From NCBI GenBank assembly GCA_965202805.1, contig OZ241869.1, positions 3,200,001-3,264,000 of the forward strand: a stretch of DNA of 64,000 bases. Reading direction: 5' to 3'. Below, in pieces: positions 48,701 through 56,053 of the stretch. The position numbers and the translations under genes are program-made. The notes under the pieces were generated by a model that ran no database searches, was not told the origin of the DNA, and saw only the letters and a list, made by a program, of their open reading frames with translations. Within the stretch, counting starts at the first letter, position 1. Every line of letters begins with the position of its first letter. This DNA is from Longimicrobiales bacterium. GTDB lineage: Bacteria > Gemmatimonadota > Gemmatimonadetes > Longimicrobiales > Gaopeijiaceae.

Positions 48701-50195
48701 CGGCACTCCCGGCCTCTCCCACCTCGCCCTGCGCGTGCGCGTCGACACCGACGCCGACATGCGCGACAGCCTGCTCGCCTACGCCCCGCCCCTCCAGGTC
48801 GACGAGCGCATGCTCTCCGCCGAACAGGTGGAGGCCGCCATCGGCCACATCGAGGCCATGCGCGCGCGCGGCATGTACCCCTCGGCGCTGGCGTTCCCCG
48901 GGCTGGGATCCCTGGAGGTGCACGCCGAGTGGACGCACGAGGAGGACCCGGAGTCCCGCCGCACCGTCCATCTCGCGGCCAACGGCACGCCGGAACCCCT
49001 CCCCGACTGGCGCACCCTCCTCCCCGACGGCTGGAGCTACTCGGGCGAGCCCCTGGTGCAGTGGGAAACCCCCATGCCGCCGCCGGAGGGTCACCGCATC
49101 ATCGCCCAGATGGGGGACGCCTTCGAGGAGGCGCACGTCTACAAGGCGGGCGAGTCCTACCTGGGCAGGACCATCTGGGCGATGGACCTCATGCCGCCCA
49201 TCCGGGCCTCGCACTGGTCGCGCGCCAAGGCCACCACCCACAAGCCGACCGTCATCTATTCCGCGCGCCAGCACGCCAACGAAGTGTCGTCCACGAGCCA
49301 TGTGCTGCGCCACGCCGAGCTGCTCCTCACCGACCCCGAGCAGCGCCGCAGGCTGGACCGCGTGAACGTCATCATCCATCCCTTCACCAACCCCGACGGC
49401 GCCCGGCTGGCCTACGACCTGTACCGCTCCACCCCCGACTACATCCTGCACGCCGGCTACCTGGGCTCGCTCGGCATCGACGTCACTTCGGGCTCGGGCG
49501 ACGACCATCCCATCTACCCGGAGTCGCAGGTGCGGGGCAGGCTCTGGGAGGCGTGGCTCCCGGACATCTTCCTGAACCCGCACGGCTACCCCTCGCACCA
49601 GATGGTGCAGCTCTTCTCCGAATACATGGGGCTCGTGCGCCGCGGGCGCGTCACCGAACGCAACTGGGGATTCAACAAGGGCTGGTTCATGCCCGGATTC
49701 GGCTACGTCGACAGCCCGGAGTTTCCCCGGCACCGCGACGCCGCCTTCCAGCTGCGCGACTACATCACGCGGGGCATCAACTCGAACCGCGACGTCTTCG
49801 AGATGAACCAGCGCACCTACGCCCGCTACGAGCGCTACGGCGCCGACTTCGACACCGACGCCGAGGTCTTCCGCCTGCCCATGACCGACAGCGTGCTCAT
49901 CCAGATGCCCCTGAAGGGATCTTCAGGAGGCGGGGGAGGCGGATACAACCCGCGGGTCACGATCTGGAGCGGCGTCACCGAAGCTCCCGACGAGACCGCG
50001 CACGGCCCCTGGATGGAGCTGGTGGCGAAGGCGGGACTCTCGTGGGACCAGGCCGTCCTCGACTACCTGTACGAAGGCGACCACAAGGTCGAACGCTCCG
50101 GGTCCACCTTCTTCGGCGGGGTCACGCTGCGCATGAACCGCCCGCGCCCGCCCGAAGAGGACGAAGAGGAGGAGCCGCCGCCGGTGAGTGAATGA
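45762..50195 (+). CDS. Very large secreted M14-family zinc carboxypeptidase-like protein (1477 aa)
   Basis: ATGA overlap with cstA; GESYLGR, RQHANE (HxxE), NPDG, LNPHG in the C-terminal domain. Confidence 0.85.
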   Translation: MSALRPETLLARFGAGRGGRKKAGLQPRACLAAALSIWFVVPASGVSQAAAGASAPGDLTTLFEIGGLVLDTNGDEVPDFVNASLVMGETPTPAETRAAAEIAARLGFETMALDLPLARGTEPEGVLVVVGRSGLAASGLASPGVDPASLDADEGAVVVREADGRRWVVVVGGGDDGLVAAARMFAGVLPHTHTLSAPLLGRAGDDVRAALEGSGVEVEEVRLWQVRARAGSDGVNRLIADLQVAAADVDTAAGVLRALAAGEEVPAATGQEEAAGQDAPAAAAPAGQDAPAAAGPAGEADPGAASAAQDDPQAADEPEGTDDPFAYPGLGSVEVRLASGPVVRIPGRAAPEAPGPVAGRPGSGAKRSLDLSNLYTPDGLLGDSDSNEIPDRIDALIAPGAAAVEALPDLAARLGLETTGLVVPLVEPAAGLERPASRPTLVLAGTDNPLTGQLADSGRVDLAALQPGEGLIQLVPDAFGSKPSLVVTGGDAAGARSALDHLALTLPHLDARGDDRPTLDHVEQALWSALSGRSPAGQAAIGLYKLDRILADLAGRDLAAAEILVSVEKPDPGLAGLIRERAAALGAGELEVVVDNRDVQNAAPIFSESFTLPSEVDRFRAIVQEDVLPAVASGEPVTVHARLSEPPGVRRALEAEVLAALLERGADPEATVVEVRSAFKQGYYWLYEGVRPRLEGADIGEIVIRFRRNDPPEEWPQQAIHTPVRWLHEIFPIDEVLARDLDIDLERIRFEQVLEGPTYEVEVTDPGGDVILTGTFDPKWVMRPYVDRFRDYEHVRVTTGWIEARAAGRTLADERIVTDPEAFWDSYQGTTLPAIYDYVMERHKGIPRGGNADAPFFGELVVNVQLSEPDYRLEIDNEIHSTMDALHEEVYFGTIEFFDLIGRNSRGQGLTFPGRVIPVMLPKSDGAPGTVDISFSGFATSRPAVVVTWRERSGETGETRLDIPRITMERPSARRAHVRDGTPGLSHLALRVRVDTDADMRDSLLAYAPPLQVDERMLSAEQVEAAIGHIEAMRARGMYPSALAFPGLGSLEVHAEWTHEEDPESRRTVHLAANGTPEPLPDWRTLLPDGWSYSGEPLVQWETPMPPPEGHRIIAQMGDAFEEAHVYKAGESYLGRTIWAMDLMPPIRASHWSRAKATTHKPTVIYSARQHANEVSSTSHVLRHAELLLTDPEQRRRLDRVNVIIHPFTNPDGARLAYDLYRSTPDYILHAGYLGSLGIDVTSGSGDDHPIYPESQVRGRLWEAWLPDIFLNPHGYPSHQMVQLFSEYMGLVRRGRVTERNWGFNKGWFMPGFGYVDSPEFPRHRDAAFQLRDYITRGINSNRDVFEMNQRTYARYERYGADFDTDAEVFRLPMTDSVLIQMPLKGSSGGGGGGYNPRVTIWSGVTEAPDETAHGPWMELVAKAGLSWDQAVLDYLYEGDHKVERSGSTFFGGVTLRMNRPRPPEEDEEEEPPPVSE

Positions 50196-50265
50196 GGCGC
50201 GGAAGCCGACGGGCGCCCAGGACCAGTTGGCATCCTGACTTTCTCTCGCTCTTGAAGAGCGCCTG

Positions 50266-53200
50266 GTGAGCCAATCTCCTTCGAAACGCAGCGTCGTGCG
50301 TGGCGCCGCAGCGCTGATCGTGCTTTGGACCGCGGCATGCGGCGATGGCGGTACAGGACCGCCGCCGCCGGCTCCGAACCGGGCACCTCTGGCAAGCGGC
50401 TCGATCTCGCCTCAAACGGTAGCCGCAGGGCAGACAGTCATGGTGAACGTGGCGAGCTACTTCACCGATCCGGACGGAGACGCCTTGACGTTCACCGCGG
50501 AGAGTTCGAATTCCGCAACCGCATCCGTTTCGATGTCCGGCAGCGTTGTGACAGTGACCGCGGCCGCACGGGGAGTGGCGATCGTAACGGTTAGAGCCCG
50601 AGACGCAGGCGGCATGTCGGCACAGTTGACGTTTACCGTCACCGTGCCGAATCAGGCCCCGGTCGCAGTGGATGCTGTCCCGGCACAATCCATCTTCGTC
50701 GGGGACACAGCTTCCGTGGATGTATCGGCGTACTTCAATGACCCGGACGGAGATGCGCTGAGCTATTCGGTGGCGAACTCGGACGCGACGGTGGTCTCGG
50801 CATCGGTCGCCGGGAGCGTGGTTTCGCTGACAGCGATCACGCAGGGGATGTCCACGGTCACGGTGACCGCTCGCGATCCTGACGGGCTGTCGGCAGAGCA
50901 GAGCATCGCGGTCACGGTACCCAATCGGGCGCCGACTGCTCTCGACACCATCCCATCCAGGATCCTCTGGACGAGGAATACTCTGGAGTTCGACCTGGCG
51001 CGCTACTTCACCGACCCGGACGGAGATGCCCTGATTTTCACGGCGGCCAGCGCCCACGCCGGGGTGGCTTCCGTTGAATTAGTCGGCAGCACCCTGACAA
51101 TCACCGGGCGGGCGCCCGGCAGCACGAGGGTGACGGTAACGGTGGCCGACCCCGCGGGGATGTCCATTCAACAGTTTTTCGCCGTGACGGTGCCGAATCG
51201 GGAACCGCTTGCGATCGGCGCCATTCCGGGACAGTCGGTGGTGTCCGGGCAAACGGCCACCATCGACGCGTCCCCGTTCTTTAGCGAACCCGACGAACAG
51301 ACGCTGAGCTATGCCGCAGCGAGCTCCAACAGGGGCGTCGCGACCACTGCGGTTGCCGGCGCTACGGTGACGCTGACGGGAGTGTCGGTCGGGACCGCGA
51401 GCATCACCATCTCGGCGACGGATCCGGGCGGGCTGACGGCTCAGCAGCGCTTTTCCGTGACGGTGCGGGCGGCCAATGACGCTCCCGAAGTTGTGTCGAC
51501 CATTCCCGATCTGACCGTGACCGTCGGCGAGGTGCGCGCATGGCAGGGAGCAGACCACTTCCGCGACCCCAACGGCGATGCGCTGACGTACGCGGCGGGC
51601 AGCTCCAACGCAGCAGTTGTCCTGGCTGTGGTGTCGGGTGGTGAATTCGGCATCGGTGCGGTGTCGGCCGGATCGGCGGTTGTGACGGTGACCGCCAGCG
51701 ACCCTGGAGGCTTGAGCGCGCAGTTGAGCTTCCGGGTCACGGTGGGAACACCCGCGCCGGTCGTGATTACCGGGATCGAGCCAAGCGTGCTGGTCGAGGG
51801 AGCGTCCGCGAGGATCACCGGATCCGGATTCTCTGCCACTGCAACTCAGAACCAAGTTTCTGTTGGCGGGCTCAGCGCGAGAGTCACTTCAGCCAGCGCG
51901 ACGAGCTTGTCGTTCGTGGTCCCTTGGAGCGACTGCCTACCACCACGCAGGGATGACTTGCGGGTTTCGGTGGGGAGCCAGAGCGATGCTCGTACGGTGG
52001 CGGTGACACCGCGGACGCGTGAGGACTTGGAGCTGGAACTAGGCTGGTATCGATGGACGTATGCCGGTAACGGGTGCATCCATCTTCCTGGAGACGCTGC
52101 CGGGCAGGATTACCTGATCGGTGTTGTGTCCAGTACCGAGAATCCGGCGTCACTCACCGGCGTTACGCTGACGGGCACCCCCGGAGACGCCACGGTGGTC
52201 GGAGCTGAAGGCGGTCGCATCGTCGTTGCAGCAGAGAGCGGGGCGCTCGGAGAAGTCAGTCCGAGCGCAATGGCTGCTTTGGCTCAAGGGCCGTTCCGAG
52301 CTACGGCCGCGTTCGACAGAGGATCGTTCCGACGGCAGGCGGCACCTCCGATGGCCAACGGCTCTCAGGAATGGCCCCTCGCTGACGACACCCTGCGCAT
52401 GCGTCGAGTGCGGGCACACAACGAGATTATGGCCCGCAACGAAGCACTGCTGCGAAAGCTGGGGCCCGCGACTCGCCCCGCGTCGGTAGCCGTCCGCCGC
52501 GAACTGCGAGTTGGGGATACGCTGCGTCTTTATGCCGAAACCGGGGCGACGTGCACGAGCCGTGGGCAAATTCGGGCCGTAGTGCGGCTTGTCGGCAACA
52601 GGTCGATCTGGCTCGACGACCTTGACAATCCCACCGAGACTTTCACCGACTCGGAGTTAGCGAATCTGGATGCATTCTACTCGACCACCATCAAGGATGT
52701 TCACGACGACTACTTCGGTGGACTATCGGATTTGGACGGCAACAATCGTTTTCTGGTGCTGATGACCAAGGAGGCAAATCGTGCTGATTTGGGGGGATGG
52801 GTTTGGTCAGGCGACCTGTATCCCAGTTCTGCATGCGCGACGAGCAACCAAGCGGAAATCTTCTTCGGCAGGGTGCCAGATCCGCGAGGCTCCGTTGGAG
52901 ACACGGTTACCAAGCAGCAAGTGCTCGACTCGTACCCTGCGCTAATCGCGCATGAAGTTACGCACATCATCCAGTTTGGCTCGTGGATCTCCAGCGGTAC
53001 CGGTCGGAAGACTACATGGGAATTGGAGGGGGGTGCGACCTTGGCCGAGCAACTCGTCGGCTACCGTCTCTTCGGGCACGGCTCTGGGCAGGAACTCGAC
53101 CGGGATGCGCTTTCGCTATGGCAGGAGAGGAAACATTGGTACGGGGACTGGTTCTCTGAGATGGCTCTGTTCTTCGGATGGGACTATCGCGGCGATGGGA

Positions 53201-53757
53201 CTGGAAGAATCTCCGGTGCCCCGGAGGAGTGCAGTTGGGTCGGTACGCCGGACGAAGGAAACTCGGGTCCTTGCCTGCTGGGTGGTCGAGAAGTCTACGG
53301 GGTCCCCTCGATGGTCCTTCGCTACGCGATGGACCGCTGGGGTGGCGATTACCCCGGGGGCGAGCGTGCTTTGATGCGGCGCCTCACCCAATCCCCGACG
53401 CGAGGTTTCGCATCCCTGGTCGATGTCAGCCCCGAAAGATCCTGGCGATCCGAGCAGATCCTCACCGACTTCTACATCACGCTATGGATTGACCTGCAAG
53501 GCTGGGAAGCATATGGCATGACCAGTTGGGACCTGCACGACATCTTCACCCATCTGCGAGAGAGCTCGCGCCTCCAACCCTACACCTCCTCCTCACCCGC
53601 CCCCCGCCTCACCGGTCGCCGTGTGCGGGCGGGCTCGTCCCTGTATTTCCACTGGACGCCGACCGGTGCGCTCCGCCCGACCAGCATCAAGGTCACGTCG
53701 CCGGGCGGAGGACGGTTGCCCGATCACATCTCCGTGTGGGCGCTGCGGGTGCGTTAG
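50266..53757 (+). CDS. Surface lipoprotein: five tandem Ig-like repeats, IPT/TIG-like domain and C-terminal zinc metallopeptidase-like domain
   Basis: Lipobox TAAC; repeats begin NRAP/NQAP/NRAP/NREP/NDAP with F.DPDGD.L.Y; AHEVTH...WELEG (HExxH plus E). Confidence 0.85.
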   Translation: MSQSPSKRSVVRGAAALIVLWTAACGDGGTGPPPPAPNRAPLASGSISPQTVAAGQTVMVNVASYFTDPDGDALTFTAESSNSATASVSMSGSVVTVTAAARGVAIVTVRARDAGGMSAQLTFTVTVPNQAPVAVDAVPAQSIFVGDTASVDVSAYFNDPDGDALSYSVANSDATVVSASVAGSVVSLTAITQGMSTVTVTARDPDGLSAEQSIAVTVPNRAPTALDTIPSRILWTRNTLEFDLARYFTDPDGDALIFTAASAHAGVASVELVGSTLTITGRAPGSTRVTVTVADPAGMSIQQFFAVTVPNREPLAIGAIPGQSVVSGQTATIDASPFFSEPDEQTLSYAAASSNRGVATTAVAGATVTLTGVSVGTASITISATDPGGLTAQQRFSVTVRAANDAPEVVSTIPDLTVTVGEVRAWQGADHFRDPNGDALTYAAGSSNAAVVLAVVSGGEFGIGAVSAGSAVVTVTASDPGGLSAQLSFRVTVGTPAPVVITGIEPSVLVEGASARITGSGFSATATQNQVSVGGLSARVTSASATSLSFVVPWSDCLPPRRDDLRVSVGSQSDARTVAVTPRTREDLELELGWYRWTYAGNGCIHLPGDAAGQDYLIGVVSSTENPASLTGVTLTGTPGDATVVGAEGGRIVVAAESGALGEVSPSAMAALAQGPFRATAAFDRGSFRRQAAPPMANGSQEWPLADDTLRMRRVRAHNEIMARNEALLRKLGPATRPASVAVRRELRVGDTLRLYAETGATCTSRGQIRAVVRLVGNRSIWLDDLDNPTETFTDSELANLDAFYSTTIKDVHDDYFGGLSDLDGNNRFLVLMTKEANRADLGGWVWSGDLYPSSACATSNQAEIFFGRVPDPRGSVGDTVTKQQVLDSYPALIAHEVTHIIQFGSWISSGTGRKTTWELEGGATLAEQLVGYRLFGHGSGQELDRDALSLWQERKHWYGDWFSEMALFFGWDYRGDGTGRISGAPEECSWVGTPDEGNSGPCLLGGREVYGVPSMVLRYAMDRWGGDYPGGERALMRRLTQSPTRGFASLVDVSPERSWRSEQILTDFYITLWIDLQGWEAYGMTSWDLHDIFTHLRESSRLQPYTSSSPAPRLTGRRVRAGSSLYFHWTPTGALRPTSIKVTSPGGGRLPDHISVWALRVR

Positions 53758-53881
53758 CCGGGACGACGCCGCGCGACAGGTTGTTGCCGTGAGCAGCGTG
53801 ATACTACTCGAGCATTTGGCATGATACTACTACTCGGCGCACACCCGAAGGGGTCAAAGCGCGTTTTGGCGCATCGGCGAG

Positions 53882-54120
53882 TCAAGACGGCGTCTCGATG
53901 CCGGTCTCGGATGCCGCCGCGACGAAGTGACGCACGTTCCAGATGATGATGGTCGGTGCGGTTGCCCTTCGGCGGGCATGCGGCGATGAGCATGTCGTAG
54001 GTCTGTCCGCCAATCACTTCCGGCCGTTGAGCCCTGCGTAGAGCGCGCCAAGTCTCGACTGCTGTCAGCTGTGCGACCGGCATCTCGCGCCAGCTGGCCT
54101 CCAGAACCGCGATGACGTCC
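53882..54120 (-). pseudogene. VapC/PIN toxin remnant (C-terminal half, frameshifted)
   Basis: GGQTYDMLIAAC, then a frameshift to TIIIWNVRHF...ETPS-stop; N-terminus missing. Confidence 0.7.
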
Positions 54121-54260
54121 AGTACCCAGTAGCGTACACCCCCGAATTGCCACAGCTCCAGCGCCCCCGTCTCGTCGGTGAGCGGGGGCGCTGAAGCGCG
54201 ATCTGCGGGCCGTCAGGGGGATCATCCGCCGGGGCCCGGCCGCCGGCGGTCACATCCGGG

Positions 54261-55898
54261 CTACGGCTGCTTCACGAAGGTGGGCGTCTTGTAGTACCCG
54301 ATCTCCTCACCGAGCATCACATGGCCGACCAGGCGGTAGGTGCCCGGCGGGTACCTGTCTTCGTCGATGTTGATGGGGCAGACCGAGCCCGCCGGATTTG
54401 TCGGGTTGTAAGTTGCAGCGCCTTGATGGGCCTTGTTGTTGTCCTGGGCGACGACCCATCCACTTCCAGCCAAGCGCTGCCACTCCGACCAGAACACGGT
54501 GAAGTTGATGCCGCCGACCGGGAAGTCGCCAATCTGGAGGCAGATGGTGAGCGGGCGGGGCGGCGCGCCCGCGGTGATCTCGGCCAGAAGCACCCCGTCC
54601 TCGCTCACCGAGATTCCGGGTAAACTGTCGTACTCCTCCTGGTGCACCCGCACCGCGATGGAGTCCTGGGTGACCGACAACCCGTCCTCGTTCGTGGCAG
54701 TCACCGACAGGATGGCCACGCTGACGCTGTCCTCGACGGCGCCCGTGCCCGTCGTGGTCACCGTGCTGCCTTCCACCGAAGCCACGGCCACCGTTTCGTC
54801 GGAGGTCGTGGCCGCGTAGGTCAGCTCGCCGTCCTCCTCGAAGTACGGCGACACGTCGAGCACCACCATGCTGTCCACGATCATGTCGTGGGTGGGGATC
54901 GTGTCGATGATCTCGGGTGGCACGGGGGGCGGCGTGACGGTCACGCCGAACTCCAGGCTGGCCGAGAGCATGCCCGCATCCGACGCGGTCACGGTAACGG
55001 TGGCGTTGCCCGGTGCTACGCCCGTGACGGTCACCACGGCGCCCTCGGTCGCGACGGTCGCCGCCGCCTCATCCGAGCTGGCCGCCGAGTAGGTGAGTTC
55101 GTCGCCGTCGGGGTCGCTGAAGTTGGCGGTCACGTCCACCGTCGCCTCGCTGCCCGCGACCACGGTCACGTCGTCGATGGTGCCTTCCGCCATGGGAGGC
55201 TCGTTGGCTTCGGTGACGGTGACGCCGAACTCCTGTGTCGCCGAGAGCTCGCCCGGGTCGGTGGCGGTCACGGTCACGGTAGCGCTTCCCGCGCCGACGG
55301 CCGTGATGGTCACCATGGCGCCCTCGGTCGCCACGGTCGCCACCGTGGTATCCGAGCTGGTGGCGGTGTAGGTGAGCTCGTCGCCGTCGGGGTCGCTGAA
55401 GTTGGCGGATACGTCCACCGTCGCCTCATCGCCCACGACCAGGCCCTGGTCGTCGATGGTGCCTTCCGCCATGGGCGCCTGGTTGGCGGCCTCGACCGTC
55501 ACGCTGATGCTCTGGGTTGCCGACAGCCCGCCCGGGTCGCTCGCCGTCACCGTCACGGTCGCGGATCCCGCCCCTACCCCCTCGATGCTCACCTCGCTGC
55601 CGGATACCGAAGCCGTGGCCACAGCCTCGTCGGAAGTCGCCGCCGCAAAGGAGAGCGTGTTGCCGTCCGGGTCCGTGAAGTTCGAGGCCACGTTGACCGA
55701 AACGCTCTCCCCGACCAGGACCGTCTGCGCCGCGATGCTGCCCGTGGCTGTGGGCGCGCGATTCGCGGGTGGCGGAGGTGTGGGGGGCGTCGGCGGCGTG
55801 GTGGTCGGTTCGGTTCCGCCGTCACCTCCGCATGTGGCCACCCCCAGGGCGGCTCCCGACACGATCGAAAACAGGGCCAAGGCTCGGATTACTCGCAT
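54261..55898 (-). CDS. Lipoprotein with four tandem Ig-like repeats and an unknown C-terminal domain
   Basis: Lipobox-like VATC; NRAP/NQAP/NEPP/VPP repeats with NFSDPDGDELTY; repeats 2 and 3 are highly similar at DNA level (279-bp period). Confidence 0.85.
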   Translation of the reverse strand: MRVIRALALFSIVSGAALGVATCGGDGGTEPTTTPPTPPTPPPPANRAPTATGSIAAQTVLVGESVSVNVASNFTDPDGNTLSFAAATSDEAVATASVSGSEVSIEGVGAGSATVTVTASDPGGLSATQSISVTVEAANQAPMAEGTIDDQGLVVGDEATVDVSANFSDPDGDELTYTATSSDTTVATVATEGAMVTITAVGAGSATVTVTATDPGELSATQEFGVTVTEANEPPMAEGTIDDVTVVAGSEATVDVTANFSDPDGDELTYSAASSDEAAATVATEGAVVTVTGVAPGNATVTVTASDAGMLSASLEFGVTVTPPPVPPEIIDTIPTHDMIVDSMVVLDVSPYFEEDGELTYAATTSDETVAVASVEGSTVTTTGTGAVEDSVSVAILSVTATNEDGLSVTQDSIAVRVHQEEYDSLPGISVSEDGVLLAEITAGAPPRPLTICLQIGDFPVGGINFTVFWSEWQRLAGSGWVVAQDNNKAHQGAATYNPTNPAGSVCPINIDEDRYPPGTYRLVGHVMLGEEIGYYKTPTFVKQP

Positions 55899-56053
55899 TT
55901 TGCGCGTGCTCCGGTTGGAGTGGTGAGCGCCGGATCTCCGCCGGGCGCCGGCCGCCACACATCAGGATCCTTCGGCGTGACGAGCCCGATTACTTCGCAA
56001 GGCTATGGCATGCGCGCAGAGCACGCAACGCGAGCGGAACCGGCTCCCTCGGC

